Shown: positions 18,017 to 27,530 of the stretch, piece by piece
Position numbering within the stretch: the stretch's first letter is position 1
How the letters are laid out: the number at the start of each line of letters is the position of its first letter
NCBI GenBank assembly: GCA_036555825.1
Contig: DATBKQ010000123.1
Location: 1 to 45,998 of the forward strand
From: Acetobacteraceae bacterium
GTDB lineage: Bacteria; Pseudomonadota; Alphaproteobacteria; Acetobacterales; Acetobacteraceae
Length of the DNA: 45,998 bases
Direction of reading: 5' to 3'
Program-made: the position numbers and the translations under genes
The notes under the pieces: model-generated
What the model saw: the letters and a program-made list of their open reading frames with translations, nothing else
Told to the model about the DNA's origin: nothing
The model's database searches: none

Positions 18017-20700
18017 TATTCGCCGCGCCTTGGATTCTGCTCGCATTGCCCGCCCTGCCGCTTTTGTGGTGGCTGCTTCGCGTCACTCCCCCGGCGCCGC
18101 GCAGCGAGAACTTCCCGGCGATCCGGCTGCTGATGGGGCTGCATGCCCGCGAGGAGACGCCGGCGCGCACACCGTGGTGGCTGCTGCTGCTGCGCATGGT
18201 TGCGGCGACCTTGGTGATCGTCGCGCTGGCGCGGCCGGTGCTGGATGCGGGCTCGATCCTGCCGGGTTCGGGCCCGGTGCTGCTGGTGGTGGACAATGGC
18301 TGGGCGGCGGCCGGCGACTGGCCGCGGCGAATGCAGGCGGCCAATACGGTGTTGGATCGCGCCGAGCGCGCCGGGCGCCAGGTCGCGCTGCTCGCGACGG
18401 CGCCGGACGAGACGGGCGCCGCACCGCAGGCGACCGCGCCGCTGCCGGTCCCTGACCTCCGCCCGAGACTGGCGGCGCTACATCCTGAGCCGTGGCCGCC
18501 GGATCGCACGACCGCCGCGGCGGCGCTGGCTGCCTGGCACCGACCCGGAACGGCGGTGGTCTATCTCGGCGACGGCCTGACACATGGCGGGGATTTCTCT
18601 GGCTTCGCGGCGGCATTGGCGCAGACAGGAACGGTGACCGAGCTGCGCAGCCGGACGGCGCCTGCGCGGTTGCTGCTGCCACCGCGGAACGAAGCGGACC
18701 GGCTGGTGGCCCGGGTGTCTCAGGCCCCGCAGCCGCTGGCAAGCCAGGCGGCCGTGCTGGCCCAAAGTGGCGACGGTCGCACCTTGGCGCGCGCCGTCGT
18801 TGACCTGCCAGCCGGGGCCAGCGAGGCTACCGCCGCGATCGCCCTGCCCCCTGAACTGCGCAACCGGCTGAACCGCCTGGTGCTGGAAGGTCCGCCGAGC
18901 GCGGGGTCCGTCGTGCTGCTGGACGAGCGGTGGCGCCGGCGGCCGGTCGGCTTGCTGGCCGGCGACCTTGCCACCGCCGACACCCCATTCGCTGGCTCGC
19001 TCTACTACCTGCGCCGGGCGCTGCTACCCTACACCGAGGTGCGCGAGGCGGACCTGGCGACGCTGCTGAAACGCGAGGTGTCGGTGCTGATCCTGGCCGA
19101 TCGGCCGCTGCCGAGGGGCGCCGAGAGGGACGCGCTGACGAAGTGGGTGGAACAAGGCGGGCTGCTGATCCGCTTCGCCGGTCCGCGCACGGCGGAGCAA
19201 CCGATCGGCGAGACTGACCCGCTGATGCCGGTCAAGCTGCTGGGCGGCGACCGGCAGCTTGGCGGCGCGCTGTCCTGGGCCGAACCGGCCGGCGTGGCGC
19301 AATTCAGCGCCAGCTCGCCGTTTGCCGGCCTGACCGTGCCGGACGAGGTCAGGGTGAGCCGGCAGGTGCTGGCCGAGCCATCCGCCGACCTCGCCAGCCA
19401 CACCTGGGCGGCACTGGCCGACGGGACCCCGCTGGTGACCGAGGCGGCGCGCGGGGCGGGCCGGATCGTCCTGTTCCACGTGACCGCCAATGCCGACTGG
19501 TCCAACCTGCCGCTGTCCGGGCTGTTCGTGGACATGCTGCGCCGGCTGGTGGCGCTGTCGGTGGGGGTGGCTCCGACATCGGACAACACGGTACTGGCGC
19601 CGGCCGAGACGCTCGATGGCTACGGCCTGCTGTCGGAGCCGCCACAGGCCGCCACCGGGTTGCCGGCGAGCGAGATCGCCAGCACCGTCGCCTCACCGCG
19701 ACACCCGCCCGGCTTGTACGGACCGGAGAACGGGCGCCGGGCGCTGAACCTGTCGGCCAGCCTGCCGGCGCCGGAGGCGGCCCCGGCGGTGGCGGGCGCC
19801 CGGATCGAGGACTACGCTGCCGCCGTTCCCGAACACGCGCTCGGGCCGCCGCTGCTGGCGGCAGCCGTCCTGCTGCTGGCGCTCGACCTGCTGATCGCGC
19901 TGGGGCTGCGGGGTTTGCTGCGGCCGGGCAGGGTGGGGGCGGCCGTCCTGCTGGCGGGTTTGATGGCCGTGCCGGGGGCGCACGCGCTGGAAACCGACAC
20001 CAACCCGGCGCTGGCCACGCGGCTCGGTTACATTGTCACCGGCGACGGCCAGTTGGACCAGGTGTCGCGCAGCGGGCTGGAGGGCCTGTCGGAATACGTC
20101 AACCGCAGGACGGCCGCGACGCTGGTGGAGCCCGACGCGGTCGAGCCCGGCAAGACCGACCTCAGCTTCTATCCGCTGCTCTATTGGCCGATCGCCTCCG
20201 ATGCGCAGCCGCTGTCGACGGACCAGGCGGCGGCGTTGAACGACTACATGAGCCGCGGCGGGATCATCCTGATCGACACGCGGGATTCCGGTTCGGGTGC
20301 CGGGTTCGCGCCGGGTGCCGAGGCGGCGTTGCAGCGGGTGGCGCAAGGCCTGGTGGTGCCGCCGCTGGCGCCGCTCACCACCGAGCACGTGCTGGCGCGC
20401 GCCTTCTACCTGTTGCAGGATTTCCCGGGGCGCTACACCGGCGACACGGTCTGGGTGCAACGCGATCAGGACCGGGCCAACGACAGCGTCAGTCCGGTGA
20501 TCATCGGCGGCAACGACTGGGCCGCGGCCTGGGCGGTGGACGATGCCGGACGCAATCCATACGCGGTGATACCGGGCGGGTCGCGGCAGCGGACGCTCGC
20601 CTATCGGTTCGGGGTCAATCTCGTGATGTACGCGCTGACCGGCAACTACAAGGGCGACCAGGTGCACGTGCCGGCGATATTGCAGAGGCTTGGGCAGTGA
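18013..20700 (+). CDS. Membrane protein with N-terminal double-TM (BatA_N-type) domain and C-terminal DUF4159-like domain
   Basis: ATGA overlap with the DUF58 gene. MIFAAPWILLALPALPLLWWLLRVTPPAPR...FPAIRLL is the aerotolerance-type N-terminal anchor. C-terminal FYPLLYWPIA...LNDYMSRGGIILIDTRD. 895 aa. Confidence 0.75.
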   Translation: MIFAAPWILLALPALPLLWWLLRVTPPAPRSENFPAIRLLMGLHAREETPARTPWWLLLLRMVAATLVIVALARPVLDAGSILPGSGPVLLVVDNGWAAAGDWPRRMQAANTVLDRAERAGRQVALLATAPDETGAAPQATAPLPVPDLRPRLAALHPEPWPPDRTTAAAALAAWHRPGTAVVYLGDGLTHGGDFSGFAAALAQTGTVTELRSRTAPARLLLPPRNEADRLVARVSQAPQPLASQAAVLAQSGDGRTLARAVVDLPAGASEATAAIALPPELRNRLNRLVLEGPPSAGSVVLLDERWRRRPVGLLAGDLATADTPFAGSLYYLRRALLPYTEVREADLATLLKREVSVLILADRPLPRGAERDALTKWVEQGGLLIRFAGPRTAEQPIGETDPLMPVKLLGGDRQLGGALSWAEPAGVAQFSASSPFAGLTVPDEVRVSRQVLAEPSADLASHTWAALADGTPLVTEAARGAGRIVLFHVTANADWSNLPLSGLFVDMLRRLVALSVGVAPTSDNTVLAPAETLDGYGLLSEPPQAATGLPASEIASTVASPRHPPGLYGPENGRRALNLSASLPAPEAAPAVAGARIEDYAAAVPEHALGPPLLAAAVLLLALDLLIALGLRGLLRPGRVGAAVLLAGLMAVPGAHALETDTNPALATRLGYIVTGDGQLDQVSRSGLEGLSEYVNRRTAATLVEPDAVEPGKTDLSFYPLLYWPIASDAQPLSTDQAAALNDYMSRGGIILIDTRDSGSGAGFAPGAEAALQRVAQGLVVPPLAPLTTEHVLARAFYLLQDFPGRYTGDTVWVQRDQDRANDSVSPVIIGGNDWAAAWAVDDAGRNPYAVIPGGSRQRTLAYRFGVNLVMYALTGNYKGDQVHVPAILQRLGQ

Positions 20701-20725
20701 GGGCGGCGGGGCCCCCTCCCGCCAT

Positions 20726-20748
20726 CCCCCTCCCGCGAGGGGAGGGGG
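20726..20748 (+). repeat. Intercistronic C-run/G-run hairpin CCCCCTCCC-GCGAG-GGGAGGGGG
   Basis: 9-bp perfect stem read directly, between the stop at 20700 and the ATG at 20760. A partial copy GCCCCCTCCCGCC lies at 20711-20723. Confidence 0.6.
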
Positions 20749-20759
20749 GGTCTACGTAG

Positions 20760-22865
20760 ATGCATCCCGTCGAGGCGATCGCCGCGCTGCGGTTCGAACC
20801 ACTGCTGCCGATTGGGGTGATCGCGGCGCTGGCTGCGCTGGCGCTGCTGATCGTGGCGCTGGCGGCGTTCCGCCGGGCGCGCGGCACCGCCTGGCGGCTC
20901 GCCGCCTTCGCCGTGCTGCTGCTGTGGCTTGCCGGCCCGCGACTTGTGCAGGAGAGCCGCGAGAATCTGCCGGACGTCGGGCTGCTGGTGCTTGATCAGA
21001 CCGCGTCGATGCAGGTGGGTGAGCGGGGGCGACTGGCCGAGGCGGCACGCGCCGCGCTGAGCCAGGAGGCCGCAAAGCTGCCCGACCTCGAGCTGCGCAC
21101 TGTCACCGTGCCGGAGAGCGGCGATGCCGGCACGCGCCTGTTTGCCAGCATCGACCGGGCGATGGCCGACATCCCACGGTCGCGTTTCGCCGGGACGATC
21201 GCCATCACCGACGGTCAGGTGCACGACATCCCCGAGGCCGCTCCCGGCGGCGCGCCGCTCAATGTGCTGATCCCGGCGGCGGGCGAGGAAACCGATCGGC
21301 GGCTGCGCGTCATCGAGGCGCCGAGTTACGGGATCGTCGGGAAGTCGGTTACCTTGCGGGTGGCGGTAGAGGACCTGGGGGTGGCGCACCCCACGCCGTC
21401 AGCCAATCTGACGATCCGGCGGGACGGCGAGCCGCCGCGCGTCGAGAGCGTGCCGATCGGCGCCGAGCAGCGGATCGAGGTGCCGATCACCCGTGCCGGC
21501 CCGACGGTCGTGGAGCTGTCCGCGAGCCCGTTGCCCGGCGCGGTCAGCAATATCAACAACCGCGCGGTGGTCGAGATCAACGGCGTACGCGACCGCCTGC
21601 GGGTGCTGCTGATCTCGGGTGAACCGCATCCGGGCGAGCGCACCTGGCGGCGCCTGCTGAAGGCCGATCCCTCGGTTGATCTGGTGCACTTCACCATCCT
21701 GCGTCCGCCCGAGAAGGACGACCTGACGCCGCTGAACGAGCTGGCGCTGATCGCCTTTCCGGTGCGCGAGCTGTTCCTGGACAAGATCAACGAGTTCGAT
21801 CTGATCATCCTCGACCGTTTCCAGAACCGCGGGCTGTTGCCGATGCCGTACATCGCCAACATCGCGGAGCATGTGCGGGCGGGGGGTGCGTTGCTGCTGA
21901 GTGTCGGGCCGGAGTTCTCCGGTGCTTCCAGCCTGGCGGCGACACCGATCGGCCAGGTGCTGCCGGGGGGCCCTGCCTCGATCAGTGCCGTGGTGGATGG
22001 GCAGTTCCGGGCGAGGGTCACCGATCTCGGCCAGCGCCATCCGGTGACGGAGGGTCTGGCCGGGGCCAATCCCCCCACCGATCCGAACGCCGCCCCGGAC
22101 TGGGGATCGTGGTACCGCCGCATTCAACCGGCGGACGTGCACGGCGAGGCGCTGCTGGGCACGCGCGACGGCCAGCCGCTGCTGCTGCTGGACCGGGTCG
22201 GCAAGGGGCGGGTCGCACTGCTGCTGTCCGACCAGATCTGGCTCTGGTCGCGCGGCCACCAGGGCGGCGGCCCGCAGGCGGAACTGCTGCGCCGCGTGGC
22301 GCACTGGCTGATGCAGGAGCCGGAGCTGGAAGAGAACGCGCTGACCGCGCATGTCGCCGACGGCAAGCTGTCGGTCGAGCGGCGCTCGACCGATCCGTCG
22401 CCGCCTGGCCAGGTGACGGTGACCGATCCCGACGGCAAGACCCAGACCCTGACGCTGCGACCGGTGACACCGGGGACAGCACGAGCCTCGCTGGCGGCGC
22501 CGACGCCTGGGGTGTGGCAGGCGAGCGACGGGTCGCGCAGCGCGTATGCCGCGGCGGGCGCGGCCAATCCGCTGGAATTCGCCGATCTGCGGGCCACCGC
22601 GAGTTTGCTGCGGAAGCTGGCGCGCACCTCTGGCGGCGGGGTGCACTTTATCGGCAGCGGCAAGCCGGGGGCGCCGCCGGATGTGCCGGTCCTGCGCCGG
22701 ACCGAGCCCGACCGGTCGGCGGCGGGCGGCTCGTGGATCGGGCTGGAGCGGCGGCACGACCATGTGGTGACCGGCATTGCGTCGCTCACCCTGTTGCCGT
22801 CCTGGGCAGCACTGCCGCTGATGCTGGGGCTGATCGTGCTGGCGTGGCGGCGCGAGGGGACCTGA
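20760..22865 (+). CDS. Membrane protein with vWA-like (MIDAS DxTxS) region, fourth gene of the MoxR module
   Basis: 701 aa. N-terminal TM helices, then VGLLVLDQTASMQVGERG resembling a vWA MIDAS strand. C-terminal TM anchor LTLLPSWAALPLMLGLIVLAW. Confidence 0.7.
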   Translation: MHPVEAIAALRFEPLLPIGVIAALAALALLIVALAAFRRARGTAWRLAAFAVLLLWLAGPRLVQESRENLPDVGLLVLDQTASMQVGERGRLAEAARAALSQEAAKLPDLELRTVTVPESGDAGTRLFASIDRAMADIPRSRFAGTIAITDGQVHDIPEAAPGGAPLNVLIPAAGEETDRRLRVIEAPSYGIVGKSVTLRVAVEDLGVAHPTPSANLTIRRDGEPPRVESVPIGAEQRIEVPITRAGPTVVELSASPLPGAVSNINNRAVVEINGVRDRLRVLLISGEPHPGERTWRRLLKADPSVDLVHFTILRPPEKDDLTPLNELALIAFPVRELFLDKINEFDLIILDRFQNRGLLPMPYIANIAEHVRAGGALLLSVGPEFSGASSLAATPIGQVLPGGPASISAVVDGQFRARVTDLGQRHPVTEGLAGANPPTDPNAAPDWGSWYRRIQPADVHGEALLGTRDGQPLLLLDRVGKGRVALLLSDQIWLWSRGHQGGGPQAELLRRVAHWLMQEPELEENALTAHVADGKLSVERRSTDPSPPGQVTVTDPDGKTQTLTLRPVTPGTARASLAAPTPGVWQASDGSRSAYAAAGAANPLEFADLRATASLLRKLARTSGGGVHFIGSGKPGAPPDVPVLRRTEPDRSAAGGSWIGLERRHDHVVTGIASLTLLPSWAALPLMLGLIVLAWRREGT

Positions 22866-23021
22866 CCCGGCCTTCCGGCCAGCCTCTCGGCCTCACCATT
22901 AACATCGTTCGCTCCCTGGTCCCCTTTCCAGGGGGGGCGCTCGTTGCCGATTTTGCGATAGGCAGCTATCGAGCCTTGCCTCAGGGTGCCGGCATCTTCT
23001 GCCCGACCGGGAGCGAGCACC

Positions 23022-24074
23022 ATGAGCACGGCCAACGCAAACACCACCGCGGCGGTGCGCCGCCGTTCGCTCTTGGCCGTTGCCGTGGCAGCGCCTGCGT
23101 TGCTTTCGGTCGCCTCGAATTCCGCGGCACAGGAGGCAGCACAATCGCTGCCGTCGTGGAACGATGGGCCCGGCAAGCAAGCAATTCTCGACTTTGTTCG
23201 CGCGACCACTGACCAATCGAGCAGGTCCTTCGTCCGACCCGAGGATCGGATTGCCACGTTCGACCAGGACGGCACGCTGTGGGTCGAGCATCCCGTCTAT
23301 ACCCAGGCAATGTTTGCCCTGGACCGCGTGCATGCAACGGCCTCGCACCATCCGGAGTGGAAGAGCCGTGAACCCTTCAAGGCCGTGCTCAGCAACGATA
23401 TGGGAGCGATCGCCAGGTTCTCGGAACGCGACTGGGCCGAAATCGTCTTTCTTACGCACAGTGGTATGAGCCAGGCGGAGTTCCAGAATGTTGTCCGGCA
23501 GTGGCTGGCCTCCGCGCGCCATCCGCGGTTCAAGCGGCCTTACGTCGAGCTGACCTACCAGCCGATGCGCGAGGCGATGGAGCTTTTGCGGGCCAACGGA
23601 TTCAGGACCTACATCGTCACTGGCGGCGGACAGGACTTCGTGCGCGCTTACGCCGACAAAGTCTATGGAGTTCCGCCGGAGCAGGTTATCGGTTCCCTGC
23701 TGGCAGTCAGATACGAAATAAAGAACGGTGTACCGGAGCTGATGCGATTGCCCAAGATGCTGTTCGACGACAACAACGCCGGCAAGGCGATCGGTATTGA
23801 TTTTTTCGTCGGCAAGCGCCCGTATGCTTCCTTCGGCAATTCCACCGGCGATCGGCAGATGCTGGAATGGACCGGCGCCGGCGATGGTGCGCGGTTGAAG
23901 ATGCTGGTGTATCACGACGATGCGCAGCGCGAATACGCTTATGGCCCCGCGGGAGGGTTGCCGGACACGCACGTGGGCACCTTCAACCAGTCACTGCTGG
24001 ACGAAGCGCATGCCAAGGGATGGGTGGTAATCAGTATGAAGAATGATTGGAAGCGGGTCTTCAGCTTCGACTAG
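23022..24074 (+). CDS. Tat-exported HAD-superfamily hydrolase (phosphatase-like)
   Basis: GGAG lies 8 nt before the ATG at 23022. Twin-arginine leader AAVRRRSLLAVAVAAPALLSVA. HAD motif I FDQDGTLW, motif IV GNSTGDRQM. Confidence 0.75.
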   Translation: MSTANANTTAAVRRRSLLAVAVAAPALLSVASNSAAQEAAQSLPSWNDGPGKQAILDFVRATTDQSSRSFVRPEDRIATFDQDGTLWVEHPVYTQAMFALDRVHATASHHPEWKSREPFKAVLSNDMGAIARFSERDWAEIVFLTHSGMSQAEFQNVVRQWLASARHPRFKRPYVELTYQPMREAMELLRANGFRTYIVTGGGQDFVRAYADKVYGVPPEQVIGSLLAVRYEIKNGVPELMRLPKMLFDDNNAGKAIGIDFFVGKRPYASFGNSTGDRQMLEWTGAGDGARLKMLVYHDDAQREYAYGPAGGLPDTHVGTFNQSLLDEAHAKGWVVISMKNDWKRVFSFD

Positions 24075-24134
24075 AGAGGTGGTTCCTTCAGCGCTCAGCC
24101 GGACATCAGCTCTGCAACGCCCCACCCCGCGCTC

Positions 24135-24153
24135 GTCGTGTCGCAGACACGAC
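24135..24153. terminator. Short hairpin between convergent genes (GTCGTGTC-GCA-GACACGAC)
   Basis: 8-bp perfect stem with a 3-nt loop, read directly. No U-tract. Confidence 0.3.
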
Positions 24154-24201
24154 TTCGGCACAATACCGCTTCGCATAAGTCGAGTCTCATGTTGCGCGGC
24201 A

Positions 24202-25761
24202 TCAGACCGACCGATCAGCGTCGGCCTCGGCCCAATCAAGCTCCTCCTCGATGCGATGGAATGCATCGTCGCCGATACGTTGCTCGCGGCGCAGCGCCGC
24301 GAGGCGGGCACGTTCGGACGCCAGGGCGATGCGCCGTAACGCACGGGCGCCGGTTGGGTCCCCAGCCTGATCCCCCGGCGGCGCACAGGCCTCCAGGCGC
24401 GCTCGGTATTCCCGCACCAACAGATGGCGAGCCTCCGCATCGCGGTTCCCATCGGCAGATGCGGCGAGTGCGTTCAGCGCGGCCTGCGCGGTTTCGGCAC
24501 GGGCGAGCGACACCTCGGCCTCGACCCTTTGGTCCGACGGAAGCGCAAGGTGGGACAGAAGTGGACGCAATGTCAGCCCCTGTAGCACGAGGGTGCCCAA
24601 GACCACGCCGAAGGCAGCAAATACGATCAGATCCCGCTGCGGAAAGCCGTTCGGCAGCGCCAGCGCCGCCGCCAGTGTGACGATGCCGCGCATGCCGCAC
24701 CAGGAGATCACGACCGCATTCTGCGCGCTGGGGGGTGGCATCGGCCAGCGCGTGTGCGCGCCCGGCTGGCGCTGCTTCCATCGGCTGCCCGCGTAGTAGC
24801 CGATCACCCACACGACGCGGACCGCGATGGTTACCGCGAGCACTGCTAACGCAAACCCTGCGTAGCGACCGATATCGCCGCCCAGGCGTGCGAGAATGCC
24901 GCGCAGTTGCAGGCCCACCAGGATGAAGGCGAGCACGTTGAGCACGAAGACAGCCACGTCCCACACGGCGTAGATGGCGCGTCGCTGGCGCGCGCCGGTG
25001 CGCTCCGGCGCGAACCGCGCGAGGGTGGCTGCGTAAGCGACCATTGTGAGGACGGGGGAGAGGCCGAGCGCATCGGCGAGCAGCCACACTCCGAATGTGC
25101 CGAGGAATCCGAGCACCACGCTCGCCACCTCGTCCTGCACATGCCCGATCGCGGCCATGTACCCTCGGGCGAGCACGATGCCCAGTGCCACACCAGCGCC
25201 GGCCGCCACAGCTTGTGCGGGTATCGTCCAGGCGGCGACGCCGCCGGCCGCGGCGCCCACGGCCAGCCGATACAGCAGCAGCGCCGAGGCATCATTGAGC
25301 AGGCTCTCGCCTTCCAGGATCACCAGCACCCGGTGGGGAAGGTGGACCTGGCGCAGCATCGCCGCGGCTGCCGCGGCGTCCGGGGGTGCCACGATGGCGC
25401 CGAGTGCCACCGCGGCGGCCCATGGCAGGGATGGCTCCAGAGAACGCGCAACCGCGGCTACGGCGAGCACCGTCAGCACCACCGCGCCGAGAACCAGCCC
25501 GCCGACAGGCGCCCAATTCTCCCGGAGGTCGCGCAGGCTTGCGTCGTAGGCGGCATCCAGCAGCACGGGGGCGACAAACAGGGCGAGCGCCAGGTCCGGG
25601 TCCAGTGCCGCCTCCGGCGTGCCAGGGATAAAGGCGAGCCCGGCGCCGGCCAGTGCGAGCAGCGTTGGCCAGGGCACCCCCAATCGAGGCGCGAGCAGCG
25701 CGAGGCCGACACCCCCAAGCAGCAATGCCAGCACGAATTCGAAAAGAGCCATCCCTCCCAC
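24202..25761 (-). CDS. Na+/H+ antiporter (CPA1 family)
   Basis: 519 aa, about 11-12 TM segments plus a cytoplasmic tail. FVAPVLLDAAYDASLRDL and ISWCGMRGIVTLAAALALP are typical of this family. The start may instead be MALFEF at 25752. Confidence 0.8.
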   Translation of the reverse strand: MGGMALFEFVLALLLGGVGLALLAPRLGVPWPTLLALAGAGLAFIPGTPEAALDPDLALALFVAPVLLDAAYDASLRDLRENWAPVGGLVLGAVVLTVLAVAAVARSLEPSLPWAAAVALGAIVAPPDAAAAAAMLRQVHLPHRVLVILEGESLLNDASALLLYRLAVGAAAGGVAAWTIPAQAVAAGAGVALGIVLARGYMAAIGHVQDEVASVVLGFLGTFGVWLLADALGLSPVLTMVAYAATLARFAPERTGARQRRAIYAVWDVAVFVLNVLAFILVGLQLRGILARLGGDIGRYAGFALAVLAVTIAVRVVWVIGYYAGSRWKQRQPGAHTRWPMPPPSAQNAVVISWCGMRGIVTLAAALALPNGFPQRDLIVFAAFGVVLGTLVLQGLTLRPLLSHLALPSDQRVEAEVSLARAETAQAALNALAASADGNRDAEARHLLVREYRARLEACAPPGDQAGDPTGARALRRIALASERARLAALRREQRIGDDAFHRIEEELDWAEADADRSV

Positions 25762-25904
25762 CTGCCATCATGGTCGCGCCACTCCAAGCGCGCAGGCACC
25801 CTTCCCTTCGTGCCGGACTTTGGCCGAGCTTTGGCGGCAGCAGCGGACGCTTGAGATTACACCCGGCGTTAAGCCGCAGCGGCCGATACTGCGGCCTTTG
25901 GCGG

Positions 25905-27530
25905 ATGCGGAGGTGGCTGGTGGGTATCGCGCTGCGGCGTGAGCGGCTGCGGGCCGCGCTGACCGAGATGGAGGCCGGTCAGGGCGAAGCGGCCGAGCGG
26001 ATCTGCCGCGGACTGCTCGGGCGGGATACGGCCGACACCGAGGCGTTGCTGCTGCTTGGGCTGGCTCTGGGGATCGAGGGCAAGGCAGAGGAGGCGGCAC
26101 CGTTTCTGAACCAGGCGGGAGGCGCGCGCGCCCAGTTCGCGCATCCCTGCGCCGATCTCGCGGCTTTGCTGATCGCGCAGGGCAAGGCGACGCTGATCGT
26201 GCCGCAATACCGGGCCTGCCTGAGGCTGGCGCCGGACGACCGGCGGCTGCGCTACGGGCTGGCCGAGTGCTTGCGCGAGCAAGGCGACGGCGAGGCGGCG
26301 CTGGCGGTGCTGGAGCCGCTACGGGGGGATCCAGCCGATGCCGAGCTGCACTACCAGGTGGGGATGGCGCTGGCAGAAGACGGGCGGTTCGCCGAGGCGG
26401 CAGAGCGGTTCCGGATGGCGATCGCCGGCGATCCGGCGCCGGCGGCGTTCTGGGCCAATCTGGGAGCGATGCTGAAGGTGGAGGGCCGGTTCGATGCGGC
26501 GCTGGAAGCGTACGAGCAGGCGCTGGCGCGTGCTCCGGACGACCGGCGGATCAGGGTCAACCGCGCCGTCGCCCGGCTGCACGCGGGGCGGTTTGCCGAG
26601 GCCTGGCAGGACGAGGACTGGGTGCTGGCCGAGCCTGGGCGGCCGAGCCTGCCGCTGACGACCCTGTTGCCGCCGATCTCGCGCCTGCCGGAGCTGGGCG
26701 GGCGGACGGTGCTGGTGGTGCAGGAGGAGGGGCTGGGCGATACGCTGCAGTTCCTGCGCTATCTGCCGTTGTTGGCGGCACGGGGCGCCAGGGTGACGGT
26801 CGCCGTGCCGGCGGCGCTGACCCGGCTACTGCGCACAGTCCCCGGGGTGGCGGAGGTGCCCGACGGCGACGCGCTGGTACCGGCGCACGATTTTCACTGC
26901 TCGTTCAACGGACTGCCGCGGGCGTTCGAGACCACGCTGGAGACGATCCCGTGCGATGTGCCGTACCTGGCGGCCGCGCCTGCGCTGGCGCGGGAATGGG
27001 CGGCGCGGCTGCCTGACAGTGGCCAGTTGCGGGTGGGATTGTGCTGGGCTGGCCAGGCGCGCCCATGGCTTACCGGGTTCACCGGGCTGGATCGCCGGCG
27101 CAGCACCAGCCCGGCGACGCTCGCGCCGCTGGCCGCGGTGCCGGGCGTGCAGTTCGTCAGCCTGCAGAAGGGGCCGGCGGCGGAGGAAGCGCGAGCCGCC
27201 GGTTTCGAGCTGCTGGACCTGATGACCCAGGCGCGCGACTTCGCCGACACCGCGGCGCTGGTCGCGAACCTGGACCTGGTGATCAGCGTCGACACCTCGG
27301 TGGTGCATCTGGCGGGCGCTATGGGCAAGCCGGTGTTCCTGATCGACCGCTACGACAATTGCTGGCGCTGGCTGAGCGGACGGGAGGACAGTCCGTGGTA
27401 CCCGACGCTGCGCATCTTCCGCCAGCGCCGCAGCGGCGAATGGGGACCGGTGATCGAGCGCGTCGCTACGGCACTCGCTGCAATGGCTGCCCGTCCATTC
27501 CGGGTGCGGCGATGCCGAGATGCCGCATGA
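25905..27530 (+). CDS. TPR-repeat protein with C-terminal glycosyltransferase family 9 (heptosyltransferase)-like domain
   Basis: TPR-like helices (AELHYQVGMALAEDGRFAEAAERFRMAIAGDP...). C-terminal TVLVVQEEGLGDTLQFLRYLPLL...DLVISVDTSVVHLAGAMGKPVFL. The start is uncertain; the tracked ORF begins at 25653 inside the antiporter gene. Confidence 0.65.
   Translation: MRRWLVGIALRRERLRAALTEMEAGQGEAAERICRGLLGRDTADTEALLLLGLALGIEGKAEEAAPFLNQAGGARAQFAHPCADLAALLIAQGKATLIVPQYRACLRLAPDDRRLRYGLAECLREQGDGEAALAVLEPLRGDPADAELHYQVGMALAEDGRFAEAAERFRMAIAGDPAPAAFWANLGAMLKVEGRFDAALEAYEQALARAPDDRRIRVNRAVARLHAGRFAEAWQDEDWVLAEPGRPSLPLTTLLPPISRLPELGGRTVLVVQEEGLGDTLQFLRYLPLLAARGARVTVAVPAALTRLLRTVPGVAEVPDGDALVPAHDFHCSFNGLPRAFETTLETIPCDVPYLAAAPALAREWAARLPDSGQLRVGLCWAGQARPWLTGFTGLDRRRSTSPATLAPLAAVPGVQFVSLQKGPAAEEARAAGFELLDLMTQARDFADTAALVANLDLVISVDTSVVHLAGAMGKPVFLIDRYDNCWRWLSGREDSPWYPTLRIFRQRRSGEWGPVIERVATALAAMAARPFRVRRCRDAA

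Noticed and set aside
20791-20800. GGTTCGAACC, a T-loop-like string suggesting a tRNA
   Set aside because: It lies inside the coding frame of the 701-aa gene (LRFEPLL), and no acceptor or anticodon stems can be built around it.
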